Shown: piece after piece, positions 10,087 through 21,343 of the stretch
How the letters are laid out: every line of letters begins with the position of its first letter
How positions within the stretch are numbered: position 1 is the first letter of the stretch
Origin: Ministeria vibrans ATCC 50519
Lineage: Eukaryota > Protista > Filasterea
Direction of reading: 5' to 3'
NCBI GenBank assembly: GCA_943704425.1
Contig: CALSCP010001725.1
Coordinates: forward strand, 1-64,000
DNA: 64,000 bases
The notes under the pieces: generated by a model
Databases searched by the model: none
Seen by the model: only the letters and a program-made list of their open reading frames with translations
What the model was told of the DNA's origin: nothing
Made by a program: the position numbers and the translations under genes

Positions 10087-12332
10087 ATGGAACGAAAGGT
10101 TTGGCAGCGGACTGTCCTGTTTGGTGCTGACCATCCCTCTTGTTTTAGCGACCGCACGACGACGGCGGCGATGGAGGAGACTCGGTGGATCCTGGACGTG
10201 TACAGAGAAGGCGAACGGAACAGGAAGGTAAGAGAGAGGGGGCGGGAGGAGGAGGGAAGACGGGAGGACAGTGAGCGAAATGCGCGTGTTGTGTTGCAGA
10301 CGAGCTCAGCGAACAAGAGCGCCTCCTGCGCATGGTTGCCGAAGACGACGAGCAGGTGAGGACGTAAGAACACCCCTGAGCATGCTACTGACGGCGTCTT
10401 TGTGCAGCTGGACGCTCTTGATGCGACGGGACTGCGACGTTTGGTGTTCGCATTTGAAAAACGTCTCAGCAAGAACCAGGAGTTGCGCATCAAGTACCCC
10501 GACGATCCCCAAAAGTACGTCCGCGTCCACCTCTACGCACCCTTGCCTGCTAGCTCTGACTCTTATCATTTTATTTATTTATTTTTCCAGGTTTATGGAG
10601 AGTGAAATTGAATTGCACGCCGAAGTCAACAAACTTCATGTGATTGCGACCGTCCCCGAACTCTACGACGACTTCATCAAGACTGGATCGACAAAGTCGC
10701 TCATTGCTCTGCTTGCCCATGAGAACACGGGTAAGTCCGCGCGTGTACATCTCGAAAAAAAGGGCGAAGAGTCTTTCTCATGGATGTTGTGCATTCGTGC
10801 ATTTTTTGTAGACATATCCATTGCGGTAGTTGACTTTTTAAAGGAACTAACCGACGATGACGCGGCCGAGGATAACCGCGAGCCGGTATGTGCGCTTGTG
10901 GACTGTCTTGTGAGCGAACAGCTTCTGCCAGCACTTACGCACAACATGGCGCGCCTGAACGAGCAGGTGTCGGACGAGAGCGACGGCGTGCACACGACTT
11001 TGGGTGTCATTGAAAACATGGTTGAGCTGCGCCCGCCGGTAGCTACTGAGCTAGTGCGCTCCACGACGCTTGTGGATTGGCTACTGAAGCGACTGGGGCA
11101 GACACCAGGCGAGACGGACCAGAACCGAGCGTACGCCGCGGAGATGCTCGCCATTCTCATGCAAGTCAGCGAAGGTACGGCAACCAATCAAAGCAACGCA
11201 ACTTTTTTTGTCTTGGTATTGTCTCTCATGTTGCGTATAAATAGACTGCCGTGAGTTTGTGGCCAAGGGAGCGGGTCTGCTGGAGCGACTGCTTCGTATT
11301 GTGTCGTTCTATCGCAAAGTGACAGTGCTCGCGAGCGGATCGGACGCAGAGGAGATTATGGAGAACCTGTTTGACAGCATCTGCTCGCTCTTGATGAGCC
11401 CGACGACACGCAGAGCGTTTCTGGAAGTGGAAGGGATCGACTTGATGGTCTCCATTCTTAAGTGCAAGCAGAGTCGTGTGCGTGGCTGTGCGCTCAAGGT
11501 GCTCTCGTACGCCCTGGGCCCGCCCTCGGCACACGCGGCCGTCCTGGCCTTTGTCAATGCTCTCGGCCTCAAGTCCTTTTTTCCGGCCTTTCTCAAGAGC
11601 CCATCCAAGTCCGAATCCGAATACGAAGGTAAGACAACGTTGTGTTGTTTGTCACAGCATTCAAGTCTGAGCATGTATTGTGCATTTGTAGAACACCTGT
11701 GCTCTGTGCTGGTATCGCTGTTGAGTCACACAGTGGGCGAGGCGGACAAGGCAGTGCGTGCGCGCATTCTCAACAAGTTTGTTGAGAACGACTTTGCCAA
11801 GGTGGACCGTCTCATTGCCATCCACGACAAATACAGACAGCGGATGGATGCTTTTGATGTGGTGGTGACTGCTGAAGTTGAGGTGAGTCAAAGAGGGACA
11901 GCACACACAAGTGAGATGTCTCTGTGATTGGTGTTGATCATGGGGTGTAGGAAATGGAGGAGGCCGGTGAGGAAGTGGACGAGACGGTAAGGGACAACTT
12001 TTATGTTCGACGACTCGAGAAGGGACTGTCGACTCTTCAGTTGGCGGATGCGGCGGTGCTGCTGCTGATCACAGCGCATATTCCACCGGTACAACAAAAT
12101 GGGGAGGGAATCGGAATGACAGTGTCACTCATGCCTGGTGGGGGTGTAGATTACGGAGCGAGTGGTGTCGTTGCTTCACGTGCGCAGTGCTAGTCTGCGC
12201 GCAGTGTGTGCGACTGTGCGTGAGTATGTGGACAATCTGGACGCAGCTGTGTCGGGCGACATCAAGAGTGCCCTTGAGGCCGCTCTTGCCATTGCCGGGG
12301 TCGACAAGGGCGCGTCTTCGTCTTCTTCTTGA
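10087..12332 (+). CDS. CTNNBL1: Beta-catenin-like protein 1 (Prp19 complex), about 10 exons
   Basis: FEKRLSKNQELRIKYPDDPQKFMESEIEL, LLAHENTDISIAVV, EEIMENLFD, KFVENDFAKVDRL, FYVRRLEKGLSTLQ. Confidence 0.95.
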
Positions 12333-12446
12333 ACATAATAATTACAGTGGCCTTTATTTTCTCTCTATTACTGTGTTCTTTTCTCTCTCTCCCACACACA
12401 CACACACACAGTTTTTTTCTCTCGCTCACACATACACTCACACATA

Positions 12447-13640
12447 TCAGTCTTTTTTGATAAATGTCTTGACGCCCGCTCGCACATAGTAGAGTTTGGG
12501 AAGGACATGTGACTCAAAGAAGGAGCCTACGTCGGGTGACACCTCGAAGCGATGCTCAAGCTCGAAGACGGAGGGAGCGACGCAGACGGGCGCAACACAG
12601 CACAGGGGAAACCACAAGAGAGTGCGGCAACACGAGTTGGTATGAATGCAGTGACCCGTGACACTGTCGGGACGCACACGGATTTGGCCACCCGAAAAGA
12701 ACAACGACACGTCGAGCTGGCCGGTGTACTCGGAGCGGAGCAGGTGGCGCACCTTGTGGGCGAGCCATGGACCGTCCCAGGACAGTGTGTTGCGCACAAT
12801 GAGCTCGCGAGCACCGCAGCTCGCCGAGAGATACGCTTCAATGACCTCCTCGGTCGACTGAATTCGGTGGCTCGACGAAACCTGTGGGAAGATGGCGTTG
12901 GACGAGCGCACGTTAGGCACGGCGATCGAGTATGTAAAGTCCACCGAAGTCTTGGCCTTGGCGCCGCCTGTGACGAGAGCAACACGGCAGTGATGAGTCG
13001 ATCGACACTTTAAAAACAACTGTTCATACCTCGACCGCCGCGTCCGTGCATGAGATGCCAACCCGAAATCCTCAGTTCAACACTAGACAAGTTAAGACGA
13101 AAAAACGTAAACAAACTGAGCGCACGCAAGGCATTCGTACAAGGGCGGCTTCTCTGTGGTTTTCGACAAAATGTACGACATGATGGAGTCGACCGAGTTG
13201 AGGCGATCGCTCTCGACTATGGCGGCGACGGTGGGCGTTGTTTCGACGTCAATGGAGTCACGAAGACTCAGCCACAAATTCGCCGAAACATCGGCTGTGC
13301 TCTTCGCCGGCAACGACACGATTTCCAGAGTCACGTCGCGCCCCGCTTCATGTGCTCGTGTGAGCTGCTGTGAGACGAGGCCGCCCGATTTGCGCGGGTC
13401 TGTGGGCACGGAACGGCCGTCGACGGAAAGAAGCGAATCCCCGATGGAAATCTCGCCGCACGCGGCCGCTTCATCACCCAGCCGCACCACGCATAGCGGC
13501 AGACGAGCCGAGGCACGCTGGACACCCAGACCAAAGTCGGTGGACTTTGGCAGAGCCGAGTTCACTCGGAGTTTCACTCGTCGCACCGCTCGCTCAGAAA
13601 ATGCCCCCGACGAGCTCGCCACGTCCGGCAGTTCAGACAT
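12447..13640 (-). CDS. PDZ-domain protein with an uncharacterised C-terminal domain (3 exons)
   Basis: FGLGV...AAACGEISIGDSLLSVDG PDZ signature; Cys-rich hydrophobic segment near the C-terminus. Confidence 0.65.
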
Positions 13641-13785
13641 GACCAAAGAATGTGTGTTCGAGTTTAGAAGTGTACTCGTACTCAATAGTCGAAAATAATT
13701 GAAGAATTAAATTTGTTTGGAGTGAGACAGTGTGAGTGTGCTTCAGTTTCGTTTATTCAGTACAAGATCATCCTCTCCCAAGTGC

Positions 13786-14874
13786 ATGTCTCGACTGATA
13801 GAATGGGAGCCTTTGTTTGAAGATGCTCCCATTGAGCTGTTTGAATTTCCTGACACTGGTCGAGGAATGCGAGCGAAGCGACGCATCGAAATTGGTGATG
13901 TGATTGTGTGTGTGCCACACGCGCGACTCGTGCGCCCTCGTGACTTTAGCGCCTTGGTGAGCAGCGACACGTCTGATGAAGACGAAGAGCTACTTGCTGC
14001 GTGGCTTATTCGGGAGAGGAGAGTCATCGCGTCGCGTTGGCGACCCTACTTGGACAGTCTTCCGGTGGAGTATGACAATGCCGCGTACTTCACCAAGGAC
14101 GAGCTGTTGCAGCTGCCGCCCCGAGCATACAGAGAAGCAGTGGTCTTTCGTCGACGATTTGCCGCTCGCTTCAACGTTGTCCAACGGCTTCTCCAGGGCG
14201 ATGTGACGCCCGCTGAATTTCGGTGGGCAATGTGCACGGTGAACACACGATGTGTGCACGATGGAGTCAGTGGACCCTTGCTCGCGCCCTATCTTGACCT
14301 GTTAAACCACTCTTCAGCGGTCTCTGTTGAACGAAGACTCTGTGCGGAGACGGGCAATCTAGAGCTGGTGGCCGGAAGTGCCTTTGAGCAAGGGGAGCAG
14401 GTGTTCATCAGTTACGGGCCGCACGACAACACAACTCTTTTGATTGAATATGGCTTTATCTGCTGCGGGAATGTAAACGACACTGTGGAACTTGCTGGTG
14501 CTCTATGTGCTCTTCTCGACGAAAACTCGACGCTTGCCCAGGACCCCGAACGACTTGAAGCATGTCGTACGTACGCGCGCTCATCACCAGTGGGTGTCCA
14601 CACAGACACCCACGAATGGACCTGGTCCATGATGCTCTGCTGTCGCCTGGCGACGGCCGAGCGCTGTGCAGTAGACCGTTTGTTCACGGGTGCTGTGCTA
14701 TCGCCACAGTCCGAACAGCGTGCTCGGGCACTCCTTGTGCGTGTATGTGAGCGTGCCCTTGAAGACTACATGGCGCCCCATTGCAGTGAAAAGATATCCT
14801 ATCGCGCGTGCACTGCGTCAGCTCTGTACGCAACGGAGAAGCGCGTTCTTCAATACGTGGTCTCAAACGCATAG
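13786..14874 (+). CDS. SETD4: SET-domain lysine methyltransferase, SETD4/Rubisco-LSMT class (single exon)
   Basis: FPDTGRGMRA, WRPYLDSLP, WAMCTVNTRC, LAPYLDLLNHS, EQVFISYGPHDNTTLLIEYGF. Confidence 0.8.
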   Translation: MSRLIEWEPLFEDAPIELFEFPDTGRGMRAKRRIEIGDVIVCVPHARLVRPRDFSALVSSDTSDEDEELLAAWLIRERRVIASRWRPYLDSLPVEYDNAAYFTKDELLQLPPRAYREAVVFRRRFAARFNVVQRLLQGDVTPAEFRWAMCTVNTRCVHDGVSGPLLAPYLDLLNHSSAVSVERRLCAETGNLELVAGSAFEQGEQVFISYGPHDNTTLLIEYGFICCGNVNDTVELAGALCALLDENSTLAQDPERLEACRTYARSSPVGVHTDTHEWTWSMMLCCRLATAERCAVDRLFTGAVLSPQSEQRARALLVRVCERALEDYMAPHCSEKISYRACTASALYATEKRVLQYVVSNA

Positions 14875-15130
14875 AGGCAATACGAGAACGAGTGTGATCA
14901 GTTTCAAGTCGAGAAATCGGTCATTGCTCCATTGTAAGCACAAAGACACACACATATATTGTTGTACAGAATAGTAGTGGCATTCTTTTTTTTTTACCTC
15001 TTGATGATCTGTAGCTTAGAAAGCCGTTCTGAATTGTTGCTTTTCGCTTGTGATTGATAATTTTGATCTTTCCTGTTTCAAGTTCTGACTCTAAATTTTC
15101 TTCAATTTTTTGAATGATTGTTTTTGAAAA

Positions 15131-16001
15131 ATGAACCAAACTCTTGCTGAACGATGCCTCGAGGCCATTGGGCGAATCGTCGTCGAGCCACGCGGCCCGT
15201 GTCCCCTCAATTTGTCGTTGTTGACCAGTCGCGAAATCAACTCTCTCTTTCACTGGCTCGACGCTCACCATGCATTCATGTCGGTGCACGCCCCTAAAGT
15301 GTGCACGCCATCGTTGACCTGTGCGGAATTCACCGCGTCGTCGAGCGGCCAGATTCAGCCTGCGGTGCTCCGTTCGTTGGCGACCGTTTGCGTCCATCTC
15401 GACACATTGCGTCTTCCTGCGGCACTTCGCCAGGCCGATGCCGAGATGCTACGCGATGCTATTCGTCGAGTGTCGACACTGCGCTTTCCTCAGGTCGACG
15501 ACTCCTCGATGGGCGGACTGAGCGTCATTGCCAATTCGATTGGCGAGCGATTGCGTGAACTGGACCTCTCTGGACGCATCTCTGTCGGCGAGGAGCACCT
15601 CCTTGCCATGGCCAATGCGGTGCCCCCCCAGATGGAAATTGTTCTTTTGAACGGGACGCGCACCGATGCGTCGACGGTGCGAGCGCTTGTTCAACGTTGC
15701 GGACAGCACTTGCGTGTGTTACGACTCCACGCGTGCATTCGAATCACCAACAAAACCTTCTCGTTGCTCGGCAACGCCTGTCCTCGCTTGCACACTCTCG
15801 ATGTGGGGTAAGCTTTATTGTAATGTCAAGAGTGAGGAAGAACAGTTGTCTCTCCTTCACTTTCTCTCTTACTCTGGTCTTGTTTTTGCTCTTTTATTTT
15901 CCCTATCTCACTTTGTGTTTTCCTTCTCTTTTTTCTCTCTCTCTATCTCACTTTGTTCTTCCTTTATCTTTTTTCTCTCCCTCTTGTCTCTCTATCTCAC
16001 T

Positions 16002-16046
<45 letters not shown>

Positions 16047-16432
16047 CTTTTTTTTTTCTCTCTCTCTTTATCACTTTGTTTCTCTCTCTATCACTTTGTT
16101 CCTTCTCCTCTATCACTTTGTTTCCTTCTCCCGCCCTCCTCTCTCTCTCTCTCTGTTTATTTCTCTGTTGAACTAGTCTTCCGTTTCGTTGCAATGTCGA
16201 ACTCGATGTGTCGTCCATGGCCGTTGCATCGTTGTGTGGCCTTGGAGCAGCGAGTTCTCTTGAGAAGGTGAATCTGGCGTACCGCGGTGGTGTAGATGAG
16301 ATTAGTGTGCGCCACTTGATGACACGACTTCCTCGATTGCGCCAACTCACGCTCGTGGGAAGCCGAATGCTCTCTGTGCCTGTGCGCGAACGCCTTGCTC
16401 TGCTCAATCCTCAAGTGGACGTAGTGTTTTGA
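15131..16432 (+). CDS. Leucine-rich repeat protein (FBXL/AMN1-type LRRs), 2 exons
   Basis: LRELDLSG, LRVLRLHAC, CPRLHTLDVG, LEKVNLAY, LPRLRQLTLVG. Confidence 0.75.
15905..16155. repeat. (CT)n + TATCACTTTGTT compound repeat (LRR gene intron)
   Basis: Several motif copies. Confidence 0.9.
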
Positions 16433-16869
16433 AGGGGGGGAGCTCTTTGTGTGTGTGTGGCTTTCGACATCGCTCATGTTTCGACTGAAGCAGACTCAAG
16501 CAGACTCAAGCTCCCGCCGCAACGAATATGAAGAAAGTCGGTCTCACGGACTGCACGAACTGAGTCGCGGTGGGCTGAAGCCTTGAAATGCCAAACCAAA
16601 CAAAATCAGTTCACAGAGTTCAGTTGATCAGTGCAGGAAAAATGGAAAATCAATTGAAGAAGAAGAAGCCATTTCCAATTGAAAGTGCTTCTGAGCTGTT
16701 TGTGTTGTCGCTTTTCTTTTGTGATTGATAATAAATTGAAAATGCCTTCTTCTAAATTCTAATCTTCAGTGAGTTCTCAGTTCAGAGATCAGTCTGACAG
16801 TCTTCTTCTTCAAAATATTTTAATTATTAATCATAAGTTTTCAACTTCTACGTATCTATACACATTACG

Positions 16870-18247
16870 ATGGGTCGCAAACGACAGATGGAAGCGAGCG
16901 ACGCGGAGAAGGAGCAAATGAGAAAAAAGCAACATCGCGAAAAGGTCGAGGCGTTGCTTGAGGAGCTTGACGTTGAAGGTGAGCCTTGAGGCGCAGGACT
17001 GTGCTTTGTATACAGTCATGTACCCCCGCATGATCTTGCTTTTGAGCAAAACCGCTCTCAAAATTGCGACTTTTGGTCAAACCGAAAATTTGAAATTTCA
17101 CGTATTAAAAAAACCCCCTCATTTGCTCCAATCTCTGTGCTTGTAGTCAGCGCTCGCTGTGATAAAATGCGCAACAACCTTAATTTGCTAGCAAAGAGCA
17201 TGGAAGGGGTAAGCGCGCATCGAGACGTGACCTTGGCAGTGGGACATTTTTAAAAACGCTCTTTTTGTTTTTCAAATGGCAGACGCTCAAAACGCAGCTT
17301 CTTGCTTTGCCAAAAGACGTACAAGCCTGCCCTCTGATTGATTTTCTCTCCAACTATGACGGTGAAGTGAGAAAGTTCAACGCAAGCAAGGTACGCAATC
17401 GAGAGGAAAGCTTTGAAAACTCAGCTTGACAGTGTGTTGTTGCACTTTAGATCCCACAAAGCCTGATGGAGGCACCTCTGACAGCTATTCGCTCTGAAAA
17501 GTCCAGATCAGTGACGTCGGGTGCCTCGCGAACGGCAACCAAGTCGCGCAAGAGCACTGCCCGCACAGCATCCGTCTCCGCAACCGTGTCCAAACCCCTT
17601 CGTCGCGGCCGAGCACTCACCGACGATTCTACCTCCACGATGGACACGTCAACGTCGTCGTCGTCATCGAGACACGACGATTCGATGGATTCATCTTGTC
17701 TTGACTCGTCTGTCGCATCGGACGCGGGGGGCGAGCTGGGACGCACACGACGCATGACTCGCTCGCGACAGACATTGCTAGCGACGCAGTCGCAAGCACC
17801 ACTCGCGTCAGCCATGGCCACACCCAAGACGGCAGGCAAACGACGCACTACTAAATTGTCATTTGCTCCAATGGTGACCGAACACGAATTTGACAGTAGC
17901 AGCGCCAACGAGAGTGACTCGGACGACGACAACGCAAGCGCGCCGTGGGGCGCGACACCCGCCAAAACCCCAAAGTTCTCCTCACGACTCCCGGGAATGC
18001 GACCTTCCACCTCGGCACGTGCTCCAAGCATCATGGTTGTTGGAGACACCGGCAAGCCCGTCATTAAGCTAGCAAAAGGTCGAGGTGAGTGGAACAGTAT
18101 TATTTTGTATCATTTCTGACTCTTTGTACAGCACTTGGTGTTGGTATTCATGGAGACATGAGCGGTGTGGACAAGGCGGCCGCCGTCGAGCAACTCAGCG
18201 ACTTACAGCAACAGATTAATGCCTTACTCAAACAGTTTGGAAAGTAA
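16870..18247 (+). CDS. CDCA8: Borealin (chromosomal passenger complex subunit), 5 exons
   Basis: Spliced N-terminus KVEALLEELDVEVSARCDKMR...LLALPKDVQACPLIDFL fits the Nbl1/Borealin N domain; Ser/Thr-rich middle with TP sites; C-terminal helix. Confidence 0.7.
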
Positions 18248-18412
18248 ACAAAGCAAAAGAAATGTACCCTCTCCTCAGAAAGAGCGCATAGTTGGTGTGC
18301 TTAACTTTTGATCAACAATTCAACATTGACCATTGACCCTCTCATCTAAGTCATCGCAAAGTCTCTCGTTGAACTAAAGATTAAAACAATTTAACATTTT
18401 CACATTTTTCCT

Positions 18413-19501
18413 ATGGCCTCGATTCCTCACTTGCTCGCAGACCTGTCACAAACACATGCATGTGTAACCGAGGCTTTGCGAGAGACCCAACAGCAAGTGC
18501 GCGCTCTGGAACAGCTTTTGAAACCGTGGTCGCAAAAGTCACGGGCGCCAGCCAGACCGCCATCCAGCGCTGCAGAGAGACCACCACCCGAGACACCCGA
18601 TGACGCTGTGTCAACTCGTCTGTTGGACGAGGCTTTGGAAAAGGCACGGCGCGCCCGTGAGCCCGCCACGAAGCCGAAGAGAAACCCCACATCAACAACT
18701 GCGAAAAAGGCAAAGCTCCCCGCTACCATCGCGACTCGTCGCACCGCTCCAGCTTCCACTTCAAATACGACCCCTGTTCCAACTGTGACGACCGCCTCTG
18801 TTGTTGAGCGACCTTTTACTGTTGAGCAGGACGGAAGTCAGCTTTCCTTTCCCTCTGCCTTCCTGAAGGCTCATGCGTCGTATCTTCGACTTCGAAACGC
18901 CATCCATACTCCATCCGCAGCTCAGCAACAGGCTCGACAGACCTTTCTTGATGTATGCGACCATGCCTGCTCACCGGCATCGTCTGAAGAGTCCATCTCT
19001 GCTGCTGAGGCTCTATTGCGCCAACAGGGCACCACCATGACGCTTATGGTTGCTGTCGACGCCGAATACGCCGTCCTCGAACGGCTTACTACAGATTCAG
19101 CGTCTACTGCTGCCGCGCCGATGGACCCTGCGCGCATTGAGCATACCTACCGCGCAAGTTTACTCCTACAGGCACTACGTGAACACACCGCACAAGCGCA
19201 TAGCCAAGCTGAGCGTCTACTTGCCCAACTGCACCCTCTTGGCACGACGAGCGAGAGTCAGCCATCATCCCATCACCGTCGCATCCAACTTCAATCGCAC
19301 GCCAGTCTCACCAACGCCCTTGAGGACCGTCTGAGCACCCTAAGCGCACTTGTGACTCTCGCAGTAGAAACAGAAACGGCCGCGGCAGTTGCAGCGCCAC
19401 AAAACGCACACTCGTACCAGCGTTGGCACGCCCTTCTTAACGGCCAAGGGCGACGCCCGGCCATCATCGACACAGCCTCCCTTGCCCACTTTCAACACTG
19501 A
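18413..19501 (+). CDS. TEDC2: Tubulin epsilon and delta complex protein 2-like (single exon)
   Basis: LLKPW, LLDEALEKARRAR, PFTVEQDGSQLSFPSAFLKA and YQRWHALLNGQG parallel conserved blocks of animal TEDC2/C16orf59. Confidence 0.65.
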   Translation: MASIPHLLADLSQTHACVTEALRETQQQVRALEQLLKPWSQKSRAPARPPSSAAERPPPETPDDAVSTRLLDEALEKARRAREPATKPKRNPTSTTAKKAKLPATIATRRTAPASTSNTTPVPTVTTASVVERPFTVEQDGSQLSFPSAFLKAHASYLRLRNAIHTPSAAQQQARQTFLDVCDHACSPASSEESISAAEALLRQQGTTMTLMVAVDAEYAVLERLTTDSASTAAAPMDPARIEHTYRASLLLQALREHTAQAHSQAERLLAQLHPLGTTSESQPSSHHRRIQLQSHASLTNALEDRLSTLSALVTLAVETETAAAVAAPQNAHSYQRWHALLNGQGRRPAIIDTASLAHFQH

Positions 19502-19523
19502 AAATCAGTCTCTTTCACTGTCA

Positions 19524-19902
19524 CTACTTCTTCTTCTCTGGCGCTGGCTCATCGCCCCACCCATCGCTCTCATCTCCCGATCCGCTCCCGGCAATTCCAT
19601 CTTCATCCTTGGGTGCAACATAGCTCTGTCAAACCACAAGAAAGAAAAGAAAAGACAATGTGAGAGAGAGTTGAGACAGAAAAAAAGGGTGTTGTTGTGC
19701 TTACGGGATCCTGAGCAGCAAGGAAACGTCTGCGCGCACGGACGAGCCTGCGCCGTTTGGCATTGTACAGAGCCAGGGCGGCACTTGCTTCCAGACGATC
19801 CACCACGCGAAACTGCTCGTGCTTCAGACAGTATGCAAAGCCTTTGGGATCACCCTCACACGTGTCTGCAAAATAATACAATAATGATAAAATATAATAT
19901 TA

Positions 19903-19952
<50 letters not shown>

Positions 19953-21184
19953 AACAGACATTGTCACAGCGCGTGTGTTTGTGTGTTTTACCGCCTTTCT
20001 GTCCGGTCCGCACACACATGTAGCACTTGAAGAATGCAAAGTTGTCAATGGGCGATGGGCCCCAGGTGCGCTGGCGCGTCACTGTGTCTTTCGCTCCATG
20101 CCCATACATCTGCCAAATTACGAGATTTCAAACGAAATTTATAGAGTGAATACACCACTGAGAAGCGCCTCTTTGTATCTTCTACCTTGGCCAACTCGTC
20201 GTTGATGGCATCCTTCTTAAAAGGGATTCGCCGAATGGCCTGACCCGACTCTTGATAGCCATCATTCTACATACAAACAAAGACGTATAATAATAATAAT
20301 TTGACTCAATTCAGTGAGAGGGCGTGGGCTTCAGGCGTCGTATCGTACCTTGCCCTCAACGACACAAGGAATACTCCACCGACCGGTCGCATCGAGTTCA
20401 AAGGGCACTTTGCGCACCGACTCAATGTGTATTTCGTGTCGCCAGGGCTTGTCAGCACGACAGTCGTAGTCGTAGCAGAGCACGGGCGGGTCGCTCTTGG
20501 TGCCCCCAAACACACTTGTGTCTTCAACCACAGCCCCTGATACGCGGTATGCTCGCTCGTCAAACACTATCGCCAGCTGTCCAAAGTCTCGCCTATCAAA
20601 CGCGCCGTGTGACGACAGCAGACCATCCTTTGTGTGGCTCACCGAAAGGCCTGCACGTTTGCCTTCACCCCCTCGTCCTGTTGATGCGTGTTCTCCACAA
20701 ACACGGCCGTTCGGCTTTCAAATCGCCCCTTTTTCAACTCGTGAACACGCGTGGGGCCCTGCTTCTTCTTGCTGCGCACAGAGGTGAAAAGAAGAAAAGC
20801 GTTCAGAGTGTGACACAACCGCAAGAAACACAAATCGTACGTTTCCCCCTCATCGACTGTCTCCCAGCGAGCAAGCGAGGCATACTTCAAGGGAGAGATC
20901 TTATGGTACACGTGAAACGCATGATCAAGCTTCTCTTGCCACCCAAACGCTTTCTGCGGTGTTCAAGTTCATCGACAAGGTAATAATAATTATAATAATT
21001 ATAGATCGCTTATACTTACCGCAATCACAAGGTGCAGTTCATACATGGACATCTCACTGGGCACATCAATGACACGTACGCAGTCATTCTTCAGAGCAAT
21101 GCGGAGTCGATGCACTGATATCTAGAAGAGACAGTGTCACAGCAAAAAGGTTCCAGATAGTGAGATGACCTTCTTCGTTGCCAT
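19524..21184 (-). CDS. Plasmid pRiA4b ORF3-like (MM3350-like) domain protein, 9 exons
   Basis: Spliced: HRLRIAL..CVRVIDVPSEMSMYELHLVIAKAFGW...DERAYRVS...YDYDC..PWRHEIHIE...PCVVEG...FKKDAINDEL; all introns GT-AG. Confidence 0.7.
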
Positions 21185-21343
21185 GCCTCAAAACAGTTAG
21201 TGCGAAACAATGTACAGAATTCACAAACAATATTCCTTCGTCGGGAATGTTAGATGAATAGAAAATAAAAAAAAATGTTTTTTGATAAATTTTTAAATGA
21301 TGATCATTTACTTTTTCTACACTGTACAGAATCAAATAATATA

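Noticed and set aside
16520-16570. SECIS element or selenoprotein
   Set aside because: No proper helix II and no in-frame TGA in the upstream gene.
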